DNA from: Pseudomonas aeruginosa PAO1
GTDB taxonomy: Bacteria; Pseudomonadota; Gammaproteobacteria; Pseudomonadales; Pseudomonadaceae
NCBI RefSeq assembly: GCF_000006765.1
Contig: NC_002516.2
Reading direction: 5' to 3' (one strand)
DNA: 64,000 nt
Positions 1 to 10,594 of this stretch are shown here, piece by piece. A program made the translations under genes and the position numbers. Numbering within the stretch: position 1 is the stretch's first letter; each line of letters begins with the position of its first letter. The notes beneath the pieces are model-generated. The model was not told the DNA's origin. It saw nothing but the letters and a program-made list of their open reading frames with translations, and ran no database searches.

Positions 1-1453
1 CCTGCCGACGCTGCAGTACGCCCTGGATACCGACCTGGCCGGCCTGCAGTGGGTGGTCGACGCCTATGCGCTGTGCCTGAGCGCCTTCATGCTGTCTTCC
101 GGACCGCTGAGCGACCGCTACGGTCGCAAGCTGACCTGGCTGCTCGGGGTCGGCCTGTTCAGCTTCGGTTCGCTGCTCTGCGCGCTGGCCACCTCGCTGC
201 CGCTGCTGCTGTTCGGACGCGCGGTCCAGGGCATCGCCGGGGCGCTGTTGATACCCGGCGCGCTGTCGATCCTTACCCAGGCTTTCCACGATCCCGGCCA
301 GCGCGCCCAGGTGATCGGCGGCTGGACCTCCTTCAGCGCGCTGTCGCTGATCCTCGGCCCGCTGCTCGGCGGCCTGCTGGTGGAGCACGCCGGCTGGCAG
401 AGCATCTTCCTGATCAACCTGCCGCTCGGCCTGCTGGCGCTCGCCCTGGGCCTGTGGGGCATCGAGGAAACCGCGCACCCCGAGCACGCCGCCTTCGATC
501 CCCTGGGGCAGCTGCTCAGCGTGGTCTGGCTGGGGGCGTTGACCTACGCCCTGATCGCCGCGGGAGAGGGCGGCTGGTTGTCTCCCACGGCCTGGCCGGC
601 GCTGCTCCTGGCCGGGGTCGGCCTGCTTGGCTTCCTCTTCGTCGAGCGGCGGACCGCCCGACCGCTGCTGCCCCTGGGGTTGTTCCGCCAGGCCGGGTTC
701 GCCGTCTGCAACCTGGCCTCGTTCGTCCTCGGGTTTTCCGGCTACGCCAGCCTGTTCTTCCTCTCCCTGTTCTTCCAGCAGGTGCAGGGTGCCTCGGCGC
801 AGCAGGCCGGCTTCTACCTGGCGCCGCAGTTCCTCGCCATGGGCGCACTGTCCATGCTGTTCGGCCGGTTGCAGCGGCACGTACCGCTGCGACGCCTGCT
901 GGTGCTGGGCTACCTGGTGATCGGCCTGGCCATGCTGGCGCTGGCCGCTTGCGGTACGGGAACCGCGTATCCCTGGGTCGGCCTGTTGCTGGTGGCGCTC
1001 GGCCTGGGCATGGGCCTGGCCGTTCCCGGCACCGGTCTGGCGGTCATGGCGAGCGTGGCCCGCGAGCGTTCCGGGATGGCCTCGGCGACCATGAATACCC
1101 TGCGCCAGGCCGGCATGGCCGTCGGCATCGCGTTGCTGGGAGCGCTGCTGAGCGGGCGGGCGATCGTCGTCCTGGGCGATCGGCTGGAGGGGCTGGGGAT
1201 TGCCGATGCGCAACGGCTCGCCACCCAGGCGGTCACGGCCCATCGCTTGCCTGGTTCCCTGGCGGGGCTCGACGCCGAGCTGCCGGCCGCGCTGGCCGAG
1301 GGCTTCCGTCTGGCTATGCTGGTGGCCGGAGCCAGCGCCCTGCTGGCCGCCGCGCTGCTCTGGCGCCTGCGCGTTAGCGCCGGCCCGGCGGCGGATACAG
1401 TTGGCGCATCTGGACGAACGGCAGGGGTACAGTTGCAGGCCGATAGACACTGA
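1..1453 (+). CDS. DHA2/EmrB-QacA-type MFS transporter, 5'-truncated by the window edge
   Basis: Frame is open from base 2 (LPTLQYALDTDLAGLQWVVDAY); MFS motif A (GPLSDRYGRK), WQSIFLINLP motif, many TM segments. Confidence 0.9.
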   Translation, partial: LPTLQYALDTDLAGLQWVVDAYALCLSAFMLSSGPLSDRYGRKLTWLLGVGLFSFGSLLCALATSLPLLLFGRAVQGIAGALLIPGALSILTQAFHDPGQRAQVIGGWTSFSALSLILGPLLGGLLVEHAGWQSIFLINLPLGLLALALGLWGIEETAHPEHAAFDPLGQLLSVVWLGALTYALIAAGEGGWLSPTAWPALLLAGVGLLGFLFVERRTARPLLPLGLFRQAGFAVCNLASFVLGFSGYASLFFLSLFFQQVQGASAQQAGFYLAPQFLAMGALSMLFGRLQRHVPLRRLLVLGYLVIGLAMLALAACGTGTAYPWVGLLLVALGLGMGLAVPGTGLAVMASVARERSGMASATMNTLRQAGMAVGIALLGALLSGRAIVVLGDRLEGLGIADAQRLATQAVTAHRLPGSLAGLDAELPAALAEGFRLAMLVAGASALLAAALLWRLRVSAGPAADTVGASGRTAGVQLQADRH

Positions 1454-1550
1454 CTCTCGGGTCACGATGCTGGCGTGGGGGCGATTTCCTTGCGTTATGC
1501 TGCTCGAAGCGAAGAATATTCGCGTATTCCAACTGTTGTGCTAGGGTATG

Positions 1551-1573
1551 GCCTGCGACAACCTGTCGCAGGC
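1551..1573. promoter_or_regulatory. Perfect 10-bp inverted repeat containing a RegA/PrrA/RoxR-type box (GCGAC-N5-GTCGC) upstream of cyoA
   Basis: GCCTGCGACA-ACC-TGTCGCAGGC; RoxSR is a known regulator of terminal oxidase genes. Confidence 0.55.
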
Positions 1574-2079
1574 AGGTAAAAGCCCTACTTTATCTATGTT
1601 TGAGAAAGTCTATTGCAAGATGTGTCATAGGCTCCTCAGCTGAAATGAATTGTAATAACTGACGCTCAGTTTCGGTCCAACGAGCGTCGCGCGAGTCTCT
1701 GCTCCGCATCGCGATAAATGGGTTCCTGCCTTGCCTGTTGCACAACAAATAGCCGACCGATAACTGCGACCTGATCACCCGGCGGGAAGGGCAATCCTTC
1801 TCGCCCAGGCATGCACGTGCCTTGGCCGCCCTTGGCCTCTTCCGGCACAGCTTCGAAAACGCTGTTCATCAAGGAACGACTCAGCGCGTGGAACGAGTCC
1901 GCCACCGGAATCGGGAAAGGTATCCGCTTGCCTTCTCCCGTGGCCGGGCAATGGCCGTTCCGTACCCCGGCGGCGACTGCATGTCTGGAACTGGCTGAAG
2001 CCAGCGGTCTCCGCCACAAGCCTTGCAAGGAGACATCCATGAGCGACCACTCGCTCCTTCCATCGATTAAGGCCGGAAG

Positions 2080-3075
2080 ATGACCAAAGCAAACCCGTTT
2101 GCCGCATTGAAATGGCTTTCCCTGGCGCCCGCGCTGCTGCTCGGCGGCTGCGACATGACCCTGTTCAACCCGAAAGGGCAGGTGGGCATGGACGAGCGCA
2201 CCCTGATCATTACCGCGACCCTGCTGATGCTGATCGTGGTCATCCCGGTGATCGTGATGACCCTGGCGTTCGCCTGGAAGTACCGCGCCTCGAATACCCA
2301 GGCCGAGTACAAGCCGGACTGGCACCACTCCAACCGCATCGAGGCGGTGGTCTGGCTGGTGCCCTGCGTGATCATCGCGATCCTCGGCTGGATCACCTGG
2401 GAAAGCACCCACAAGCTCGACCCGTACCGTCCGCTGGACTCCGAGGTCAAGCCGGTCACCATCCAGGCCGTTTCGCTGGACTGGAAGTGGTTGTTCATCT
2501 ACCCGGAGCAGGGTATCGCCACGGTCAACGAGATCGCCTTCCCGAAAGACACCCCGGTGAATTTCCAGATCACCTCGGATTCGGTGATGAACTCGTTCTT
2601 CATCCCGCAGCTGGGCAGCCAGATCTACTCGATGGCCGGGATGATGACCAAGCTGCACCTGATCGCCAACGAAGAAGGCGTATTCGACGGTATCTCCGCG
2701 AACTACAGCGGCGGCGGTTTCTCCGGCATGCGCTTCAAGGCCATCGCCACCTCCGAGCAGGGCTTCCAGGACTGGGTCGCCAAGGTCAAGGCGGCACCGG
2801 CCAGCCTGTCGATCGGCACCTATCCGGAACTGGTCAAGCCGAGCGAGAACGTTCCGCCGACCTACTTCTCTTCGGTCAGCCCGGAACTGTTTGGCCACAT
2901 CCTCACCAAGTACGAGCACCACGGCGACGCCAAGGGTGCCGCGCACGGCGAGCACGCCGGGGCTGAGCACGAAGCCGCCATGACCGGTCACGACATGCAG
3001 GACATGGACATGCAAGCCATGCAGGGCATGAAAGACATGAAGGACATGCACATGCAACCGAGTACCCAGGAGTAA
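2080..3075 (+). CDS. cyoA: Cytochrome bo3 ubiquinol oxidase subunit II
   Basis: Lipoprotein signal LLGGC; WKWLFIYP and SFFIPQLGSQIY motifs; first gene of the cyo operon. Confidence 0.97.
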   Translation: MTKANPFAALKWLSLAPALLLGGCDMTLFNPKGQVGMDERTLIITATLLMLIVVIPVIVMTLAFAWKYRASNTQAEYKPDWHHSNRIEAVVWLVPCVIIAILGWITWESTHKLDPYRPLDSEVKPVTIQAVSLDWKWLFIYPEQGIATVNEIAFPKDTPVNFQITSDSVMNSFFIPQLGSQIYSMAGMMTKLHLIANEEGVFDGISANYSGGGFSGMRFKAIATSEQGFQDWVAKVKAAPASLSIGTYPELVKPSENVPPTYFSSVSPELFGHILTKYEHHGDAKGAAHGEHAGAEHEAAMTGHDMQDMDMQAMQGMKDMKDMHMQPSTQE

Positions 3076-3081
3076 GCGCAG

Positions 3082-5058
3082 ATGTTCGGGAAACTGACAC
3101 TCTCGGCCGTGCCTTACCACGAGCCCATCGTCATGGTCACACTGGCCGTCGTCGCCCTGCTGGGCCTCGGCGTGGTCGGTGCGATCACCTACTACCGCAA
3201 GTGGACCTACCTGTGGACCGAGTGGCTGACCTCGGTCGACCACAAGAAGATCGGCGTGATGTACATCGTCGTCGCCCTGGTCATGCTGGTCCGCGGCTTC
3301 GCCGACGCGATCATGATGCGCGGCCAGCTGGCCCTGGCCGAAGGCGCCAACCACGGCTACCTGCCGCCGGAGCACTACGACCAGATCTTCACCGCGCATG
3401 GCGTGATCATGATCATCTTCATGGCCATGCCGTTCATGACCGGCCTGATGAACCTGGCCGTGCCGCTGCAGATCGGCGCGCGCGACGTGGCGTTCCCCTT
3501 CCTCAACTCGCTGAGCTTCTGGCTGCTCGTGGTCAGCGCCATGCTGGTCAACGTGTCGCTGGGCCTGGGCGAATTCGCCCGTACCGGCTGGGTGGCCTAT
3601 CCGCCGCTGTCGGAGCTGGCCTATAGCCCCGGGGTAGGGGTGGACTACTACATCTGGGCGCTACAGATATCCGGGATGGGCACGTTGCTCACGGGGATCA
3701 ACTTCCTGGTCACCGTGTTCAAGATGCGTACCCCGGGCATGAAGCTGATGCAGATGCCGATCTTCACCTGGACCTGCACCTTCGCCAACATCCTGATCGT
3801 CGCCTCGTTCCCGATCCTCACCGCTGCGCTGGGCCTGCTGTCGCTCGACCGCTACCTGGACATGCACTTCTTCACCAACGAGCTCGGCGGCAACGCCATG
3901 ATGTACATCAACCTCTTCTGGGCCTGGGGCCATCCCGAGGTGTACATCCTGATCCTGCCGGCCTTCGGTATCTTCTCCGAGGTCACCGCGACCTTCGCCG
4001 GCAAGCGCATGTTCGGCTACAAGTCGATGGTCTGGGCCAGCGCCGCGATCACCTTCCTCGGCTTCACCGTGTGGCTGCACCACTTCTTCACCATGGGTTC
4101 GGGCGGTGACGTCAACGGCTTCTTCGGCGTGGCCACCATGCTGATCTCGATCCCCACCGGGGTGAAGCTGTTCAACTGGCTGTTCACCATCTACAAGGGC
4201 CGCCTGCGCTTCAGCACGCCGATCCTGTGGACCCTGGGCTTCATGGTGACCTTCACCATCGGCGGCATGACCGGCGTCCTGCTGGCCATCCCGGGCGCGG
4301 ACTTCCTGCTGCACAACAGCCTGTTCCTGATCGCCCACTTCCACAACACCATCATCGGCGGCGCGGTATTCGGCTACCTGGCCGGCTTCGCCTTCTGGTT
4401 CCCGAAAGCGTTCGGCTTCACCCTCGACGAGAAGTGGGGCAAGCGTTCCTTCTGGTGCTGGCTGGTGGGCTTCTACATGGCCTTCATGCCGCTCTACATC
4501 CTCGGCTTCATGGGCATGACCCGTCGCCTGAACCACTACGACAACCCGCTGTGGAAGCCCTACCTGGTGGTCGCGTTCTTCGGCGCCGTGCTGATCTTCT
4601 GCGGCATCGCCTGCCAACTGATCCAGCTGTTCGTCTCGGTCCGCAACCGCAAGCAACTGGCCGACGTCAATGGCGACCCGTGGGAAGGCCGCACCCTGGA
4701 ATGGGCCACTTCCTCGCCGCCGCCGTTCTACAACTTCGCCGAGCTGCCGAAGGTACAGGACGTGGATGCCTTCCACGACATGAAGAAGGCCGGCACCGCC
4801 TACCGCAAGCTGCCGGCCTACCAGCCGATCCACATGCCGAAGAACACCGCCGCGGGCTTCTCCATCGCCGTGTTCGCCTTCGTCTTCGGCTTCGCCGCCA
4901 TCTGGCATATCTGGTGGCTCATGGCGGTCGGCTTCGTCGGCATGATCGGCTCCTTCATCGTGCGCAGCTACAACCAGGACGTCGACTACTACGTCCAGCC
5001 CGAAGAGATCGAGAAGATCGAAAGCGCCCGTTTCCAGCAACTCGCCAAGCAGGTCTGA
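3082..5058 (+). CDS. cyoB: Cytochrome bo3 ubiquinol oxidase subunit I
   Basis: Heme-copper motifs [19 protein letters not shown]; 658 aa. Confidence 0.98.
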
Positions 5059-5061
5059 ACC

Positions 5062-5691
5062 ATGTCGACGGCAGTATTGAACAAGCATCTGGCCGACGCC
5101 CACGAAGTGGGCCACGACCACGATCATGCACACGATAGCGGCGGCAACACCGTATTCGGTTTCTGGCTCTACCTGATGACCGACTGCGTGCTGTTCGCCA
5201 GCGTCTTCGCCACCTACGCGGTGCTGGTTCACCACACCGCCGGCGGCCCCAGCGGCAAGGACATCTTCGAGCTGCCCTACGTGCTGGTGGAAACCGCCAT
5301 CCTGCTGGTTTCCAGCTGCACCTACGGCCTGGCCATGCTCTCTGCGCACAAGGGCGCCAAGGGCCAGGCGATCGCCTGGCTCGGGGTCACCTTCCTGCTC
5401 GGCGCCGCGTTCATCGGGATGGAGATCAACGAGTTCCACCACCTGATCGCCGAAGGTTTCGGCCCGAGCCGCAGCGCCTTCCTGTCGTCCTTCTTCACCC
5501 TGGTCGGCATGCACGGCCTGCACGTCAGCGCCGGTCTGCTGTGGATGCTGGTGCTGATGGCGCAGATCTGGACCCGCGGCCTCACCGCGCAGAACAACAC
5601 CCGGATGATGTGCCTGAGCCTGTTCTGGCACTTCCTCGACATCGTCTGGATCTGCGTCTTCACCGTCGTCTACCTGATGGGGGCCCTGTAA
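5062..5691 (+). CDS. cyoC: Cytochrome bo3 ubiquinol oxidase subunit III
   Basis: [11 protein letters not shown] and WHFLDIVW motifs. Confidence 0.97.
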   Translation: MSTAVLNKHLADAHEVGHDHDHAHDSGGNTVFGFWLYLMTDCVLFASVFATYAVLVHHTAGGPSGKDIFELPYVLVETAILLVSSCTYGLAMLSAHKGAKGQAIAWLGVTFLLGAAFIGMEINEFHHLIAEGFGPSRSAFLSSFFTLVGMHGLHVSAGLLWMLVLMAQIWTRGLTAQNNTRMMCLSLFWHFLDIVWICVFTVVYLMGAL

Positions 5692-6026
5692 TGAGCAGCG
5701 CTGCACACGACAACCACGGCGCCGGCCACGGCAGCCTGGGTTCCTACGCGATCGGCTTCGTGCTCTCGGTGATCCTCACCGCGATCCCGTTCTACATGGT
5801 CATGGACGGCGGCTTCTCGCGCCACGCGACCATCCTCACCATGGTCGTCCTCGGCCTGGTGCAGGTGGTGGTGCACCTGATCTGCTTCCTGCACATGAAC
5901 ATGTCGTCGGAAGGGCGCTGGAACGTGATGGCGTTCATCTTCACGGTGATCGTCATCCTGCTGGTGGTCGGTCTCTCGCTGTGGATCATCTTCAGCGCCG
6001 ACATGCTGATGATGCCGATGCCCTGA
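5691..6026 (+). CDS. cyoD: Cytochrome bo3 ubiquinol oxidase subunit IV
   Basis: ATG overlaps the cyoC stop (TAATG); GFVLSVILT and HLICFLHM motifs; 111 aa. Confidence 0.95.
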   Translation: MSSAAHDNHGAGHGSLGSYAIGFVLSVILTAIPFYMVMDGGFSRHATILTMVVLGLVQVVVHLICFLHMNMSSEGRWNVMAFIFTVIVILLVVGLSLWIIFSADMLMMPMP

Positions 6027-6036
6027 GGGCCATGAC

Positions 6037-6927
6037 GTGAAGCTGAAACGCTATCTCCTGGTGGCCAAGCCGGGAATCATCTTCGGCAACCTGATCGCGG
6101 TGGCGGGGGGATACTTCCTCGCCGCCCGCGGCAGCGTCGAGCCGATGCTGTTGCTGGCCACGGTCATCGGCCTGTCGCTGGTGGTCGCCAGTGGGTGCGT
6201 GCTGAACAACTGCATCGACCGCGACATCGACCGGCACATGGAGCGGACCCGCGGGCGAGTCACCGTGACCGGGCAGATCTCGCTGAAGGCTGCCCTGGCC
6301 CACGGCCTGGTCCTCGGGGTCGCCGGCTTCGGCCTGCTGTGGTGGCGGACCAACCCGCTGACCACCGCGCTGGCCGGCTTCGGCTACTTCGTCTACGTCG
6401 GCCTGTACAGCCTGTGGTTCAAGCGTCGTTCGCAGTACGGCACGCTGGTCGGCAGCCTCTCCGGGGCGATGCCGCCGGTGGTCGGCTACTGCGCGGTGAG
6501 CGGCCAGTTCGACGCCGGCGCCGCCTCGCTGCTGGCGATCTTCTGCCTGTGGCAGATGCCGCACTCCTATGCCATCGCCATCTTCCGCCTGAAGGACTAC
6601 GAGGCGGCTGGCATCCCGGTGCTGCCGGTGGCGCGCGGCATCGCGGTGACCAAGATCCACATCGTGCTCTACATCCTCGCCTTCATGGCGGCGACCCTCG
6701 CCTTGTGCCTGGGCGGCTACGCCGGCTACGGCTACCTGCTGGTGGCGGTGGCGGTGAGCCTGTGGTGGCTGGCCATCGCCCTGACCGGCTACTGGACCGC
6801 CGACGACCGGGTCTGGGCGCGCAAGCTGTTCGCCTTCTCCATCGTCGCCATCACCGCGCTGAGCGTGATGATGTCCATCGACTTCCAGGTGGCGCCCGCC
6901 ACCCATCTGGTCGCCTCGCTGTTCTGA
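6037..6927 (+). CDS. cyoE: Protoheme IX farnesyltransferase (heme o synthase)
   Basis: [23 protein letters not shown] and WQMPH motifs. Confidence 0.97.
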   Translation: MKLKRYLLVAKPGIIFGNLIAVAGGYFLAARGSVEPMLLLATVIGLSLVVASGCVLNNCIDRDIDRHMERTRGRVTVTGQISLKAALAHGLVLGVAGFGLLWWRTNPLTTALAGFGYFVYVGLYSLWFKRRSQYGTLVGSLSGAMPPVVGYCAVSGQFDAGAASLLAIFCLWQMPHSYAIAIFRLKDYEAAGIPVLPVARGIAVTKIHIVLYILAFMAATLALCLGGYAGYGYLLVAVAVSLWWLAIALTGYWTADDRVWARKLFAFSIVAITALSVMMSIDFQVAPATHLVASLF

Positions 6928-6944
6928 GGCGACACGCTTTAGGG

Positions 6945-6979
6945 AAAGCCCCGCCGGTCGATTGGCGGGGCTTTTTTTT
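6945..6979 (+). terminator. Rho-independent terminator of the cyo operon
   Basis: AAAGCCCCGCC...GGCGGGGCTTT stem followed by a T-run. Confidence 0.9.
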
Positions 6980-7126
6980 GTCTGCGCGATGGCAGGGATG
7001 CGGACGCCGCCTGGCAGAAGGGCCGCGCGGCGAGCCCTCTGTTCCGGGACTCTGCCGTTGGTTATCAGATTTTTCCGGGAGCTTTTTCGGAGCTGTCCGG
7101 CTTGTGAAAAAAACCCTCCATCAATC

Positions 7127-7146
7127 AAATGCCAATGATTCTCAAT
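7127..7146. promoter_or_regulatory. Fur box-like site upstream of the TonB receptor
   Basis: AAATGCCAATGATTCTCAAT resembles the Fur consensus. Confidence 0.65.
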
Positions 7147-7165
7147 AACCAAGATGGAGTACTTC

Positions 7166-9364
7166 ATGGATCGTCGCAACGAGCCGTCCCCCTTGCCCAC
7201 CAAACGCCCGCTGGCGCCGCTGATGCTGTTGATGGCCGCCTGCTCCTCGCCGGCCCTGGCCGAGGACGCGGCGCGCAAGGACGATCCCCTGGAACTGGGA
7301 GCCGACACGGTCACCGGCGAGCAGGCCTCGTCCAGGGTCGAACGCTCGGCCTCGGCCAAGTACGCCGTGCCGCTGCTGGATACCCCGCAGACCGTCACGG
7401 TGGTGCCGCAAAAGGTGATCCAGGAGCAGAACGCCCTGAGCCTGCGCCAGGTGCTGTCCAACGTCTCCGGCATCACCTTCAACGCCGGCGAGGGCGGCGG
7501 CGGTTCCGGCGACAGCATCAACATCCGCGGCTTCAGCGCCAACGCCAACATGCAGGTGGACGGGCTGCGCGACAGCGCCCAGACCAGCCGCAGCGACCTG
7601 TTCAACCTGGAGGCGGTGGAAGTGATCAAGGGACCGAACTCGGTGTTCGGCGGCGCCGGCACCAGCGGCGGCAGCATCAACATGGTCAGCAAGCAGCCCA
7701 AGGCCGAAGCCTTCACCCACCTGGGCGCCGGGCTGGGCACGGACCGCTACCGGCGCCTGACCCTGGACACCAACCAGCCGCTGGAAGGGCTTGGCGAATC
7801 GACCGCCTTCCGCCTCAACCTCATGGCCCACCACAACGACGTCGCCGGGCGCGAACAGATCGACAAGCAGCGCTGGGGCATCGCGCCATCCCTGACCTTC
7901 GGCCTGGACACCCCGACCCGCCTGACCCTGAGCTACTTCCACCAGCGCGACGACAACCTTCCCGACTATGGCGTGCCGGCGCTGAACGGGCGCAAGCTGG
8001 ACGGCGTCAGCCGCCACGATTATTTCGGCTGGCGCAACCTGGACGAGGAACGGATCGACAACGACGTCGCCACCCTCAAGCTCGAACACGATTTCAGCGA
8101 CGACTTCCAGTTGCAGAACCTCATCCGCTATTCCCACCTGCATCGGGACACGGTGATCTCCGCCTCCCACGTCAACCAGAAGGGCCTGCCGCCGGGTCGC
8201 TACCTGCCGGCGGGACCGCAAGCCTACGGGCGCGATTCGAAGACGCGGATGTGGATCAACCAGACCAACCTCACCGGCCGCTTCGATACCTTCGGCCTGG
8301 CGCATACGCTGATCGGCGGCTTCGAGCTGTCCCGCGAGACCTACGACCGCACCACCTACTCCTACAACCTGGGCAAGTTCTACCCGGCCAACGGCTTCGA
8401 CCTGCACAACCCGCCGGGCTACTGGAACGGCCCCACCGACAAGCGCGACAGCGCGCGCAACCGGACCGAACTGGAGGTCAAGGCGCTGTACGCCTTCGAC
8501 ACCATCGCCCTGGACGAGCGCTGGGACCTCAGCCTGGGCCTGCGCTACGACTGGATCGACGGCACCTCGCGGAGCACGCCCTCAGGCAAGCCGACGGTGC
8601 GCGCCGACAGTTCCGACGGCAAGCTGAGCACACGGGCGGGGCTGGTATTCAAGCCGCTGGAGAACGGGCGGGTGTACTTCTCCTACGGCACCTCCTTCAA
8701 CCCCTCGGCGGAACACCTGGTCACCACCGGCTCGGGCGTGACCGAGGCGACCGGAGGCCTGGCGCCGGAGAAGAACAGCACCTACGAGCTGGGCACCAAG
8801 TGGGAGTTCCTCGGACGGCGCCTGGAGCTGGACGCGGCGCTGTTCCAGGTGAAGAAGGAGGACGCTCGCGAACGCCTGGCCGACGGCAGCTACGTGCTTG
8901 CCGGCGAACAGCGCGTGCGTGGCCTGGAGCTGAGCGCCAGCGGCAAGCTGAACGAGCACTGGGACCTCTTCGCCACCTACACCTACCTCGACAGCGAAAC
9001 CCTGAAATCCAGCAACCCGCAGCGTGAGGGACAGGCCCTGGGCAATACCCCGCCGCGCTCGTTGAGCCTCTGGAGCACCTACGAACTGCCCGAGGGCGTG
9101 ACCCTGGGCTATGGCGCACGCTACGTCAGCCAGCGCAACGTCACCTCGGTGGACAACGGCAAGCTGGATGCCTACTGGGTGCACAACATGATGCTCGGCT
9201 ACCAGGCGACGCGCGACCTGAAACTGCAACTCAACCTCGACAACCTGTTCGACAAGGCCTACGTCGAGCGGGTGCGCCAGGTGTACGGCAACCAGTCGCG
9301 CTCCTCGGCCATCGAGTATGGCGACGGTCGCACGGCGATTCTTTCGGCGATCTACGCGTTCTGA
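7166..9364 (+). CDS. pfuA: TonB-dependent siderophore-type receptor (Fiu/PfuA-like)
   Basis: Plug motifs (LLDTPQTVTVV, INIRGF, EVIKGPNSV), C-terminal Phe; start placed at ATG 7166 behind GGAG (track gives 7154); symbol from synteny. Confidence 0.88.
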   Translation: MDRRNEPSPLPTKRPLAPLMLLMAACSSPALAEDAARKDDPLELGADTVTGEQASSRVERSASAKYAVPLLDTPQTVTVVPQKVIQEQNALSLRQVLSNVSGITFNAGEGGGGSGDSINIRGFSANANMQVDGLRDSAQTSRSDLFNLEAVEVIKGPNSVFGGAGTSGGSINMVSKQPKAEAFTHLGAGLGTDRYRRLTLDTNQPLEGLGESTAFRLNLMAHHNDVAGREQIDKQRWGIAPSLTFGLDTPTRLTLSYFHQRDDNLPDYGVPALNGRKLDGVSRHDYFGWRNLDEERIDNDVATLKLEHDFSDDFQLQNLIRYSHLHRDTVISASHVNQKGLPPGRYLPAGPQAYGRDSKTRMWINQTNLTGRFDTFGLAHTLIGGFELSRETYDRTTYSYNLGKFYPANGFDLHNPPGYWNGPTDKRDSARNRTELEVKALYAFDTIALDERWDLSLGLRYDWIDGTSRSTPSGKPTVRADSSDGKLSTRAGLVFKPLENGRVYFSYGTSFNPSAEHLVTTGSGVTEATGGLAPEKNSTYELGTKWEFLGRRLELDAALFQVKKEDARERLADGSYVLAGEQRVRGLELSASGKLNEHWDLFATYTYLDSETLKSSNPQREGQALGNTPPRSLSLWSTYELPEGVTLGYGARYVSQRNVTSVDNGKLDAYWVHNMMLGYQATRDLKLQLNLDNLFDKAYVERVRQVYGNQSRSSAIEYGDGRTAILSAIYAF

Positions 9365-9430
9365 CGGCAGGCAGGCCATGGAAGCCGGCGCCCACTGCCT
9401 GGGCGCCGGTTCTTCCCGGCGATTTCCTCT

Positions 9431-9458
9431 GAACTTTTTCACTGCGGCGCCTATCAAC
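9431..9458 (+). promoter_or_regulatory. AlgU (sigma-E)-type promoter for the DUF883-lipoprotein operon
   Basis: GAACTT-N17-TCAAC matches the AlgU GAACTT...TCnnA pattern apart from the last base. Confidence 0.65.
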
Positions 9459-9492
9459 TCCTTTGCAAGTCATTTTTCAGGGAGCCTCTTCG

Positions 9493-9825
9493 ATGGCACG
9501 CAAGAACGCAGTGAAAGACAACCTCGAGCAGATTCAGCACCAGAGCTACAGCGAGCTGCAGGAACTGCTCTCCGAAGCCAACAGCATGCTCGCCGACAGC
9601 GCCGCTTTCGCCGGCGACAAGGCCGACAGCGCCCGTGCGCGGATCGGCGCGCTGCTGGAGAAGGCCAACGATGCCCTCGGCAAGGGCGGTAGCGCCGTGG
9701 CCGAACGCAGCCGCCACGCGGTGGATGCGACGGAAAGCTATATCGGCGCCAATCCCTGGCAGACCGTGGCCATCACCACCGCGGTGGGCCTGCTCGCCGG
9801 CTTCCTGCTCGGGCGTCGCTCCTGA
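9493..9825 (+). CDS. DUF883/ElaB-YqjD family tail-anchored membrane protein
   Basis: C-terminal NPWQTVAITTAVGLLAGFLLGRR signature; GGAG RBS. Confidence 0.9.
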   Translation: MARKNAVKDNLEQIQHQSYSELQELLSEANSMLADSAAFAGDKADSARARIGALLEKANDALGKGGSAVAERSRHAVDATESYIGANPWQTVAITTAVGLLAGFLLGRRS

Positions 9826-9884
9826 GCACGCGGTCGGTGCCGCACAACGGACTCGTTACCTTCGCTTGAAAAAAGGAATTGCCC

Positions 9885-10397
9885 ATGCTTTCGATCAAGA
9901 AGAACCTCGGCCTCCTGGCCATGACCGCGGCCCTGGCGGCCTGCGCCTCCAATCCCAACGACCTGCCGGATTTCCCGGAGCATGAATACGCGGCGACCCA
10001 GCAGGTGGGAGAGGGCGTGATCAACGGCGACCTGTACCTGACCAGCGCGTCGGGTGCGATCCAGAAGGGGACCAACACCAAGGTCGCCCTGGAGCCTGCG
10101 ACCAGCTACATGAAGGCCTACTACGCGAAGTTCGGCAACCTCGATGCCGCCAAGCGCGATCCCGACGTGCAACCGCCGGTGCTCGACCCGCGACGCGCCA
10201 CCTACGTGCGCGAGGCGACCACCGACCAGAACGGTCGCTTCGACTTCGACCACATCCCCAACGGCACCTACTACATTTCCAGCGAGCTGACCTGGAGCGC
10301 CCAGAGCGATGGCAAGACCATCACCGAGGGCGGCACCGTCACCAAGCTGGTCACCGTGAGCGGCTCGCAGCCGCAGAAGGTGCTGCTGACCCGCTGA
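9885..10397 (+). CDS. Lipoprotein with prealbumin/carboxypeptidase-regulatory-like fold (PA1324-like)
   Basis: Lipobox ALAAC; TTDQNGRFDFDHIPNGTYYI motif. Confidence 0.85.
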   Translation: MLSIKKNLGLLAMTAALAACASNPNDLPDFPEHEYAATQQVGEGVINGDLYLTSASGAIQKGTNTKVALEPATSYMKAYYAKFGNLDAAKRDPDVQPPVLDPRRATYVREATTDQNGRFDFDHIPNGTYYISSELTWSAQSDGKTITEGGTVTKLVTVSGSQPQKVLLTR

Positions 10398-10424
10398 CCT
10401 CCGGCGGTGTTCGGCCAAAACGGC

Positions 10425-10454
10425 AAGCCCCTGCCATCGCGGCAGGGGCTTTTT
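10425..10454 (+). terminator. Rho-independent terminator
   Basis: AAGCCCCTGCC-ATCGC-GGCAGGGGCTT then TTT. Confidence 0.85.
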
Positions 10455-10514
10455 CCTGCCGGCGCGGCCGGACCGCTTGACAGCCAACGGGCCTGCGCCG
10501 TAGTTTCGATACCC

Positions 10515-10580
10515 ATGACCTTCGCGACCCTGCTTACCCGCCGCAGCATTATTACCGCCATTCCAGCTATGGCGGGTTAG
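10515..10580 (+). CDS. Thr/Ile-rich attenuator leader peptide MTFATLLTRRSIITAIPAMAG (21 aa)
   Basis: 4 Thr and 3 Ile codons; followed by a terminator hairpin and then the ilvA2 operon. Confidence 0.75.
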   Translation: MTFATLLTRRSIITAIPAMAG

Positions 10581-10594
10581 CCAGCGTCCACTCC

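Noticed and set aside
1641-1660. Fur box upstream of cyoA
   Set aside because: Only about 9 of 14 positions match the 7-1-7 consensus in an AT-rich stretch; too weak.
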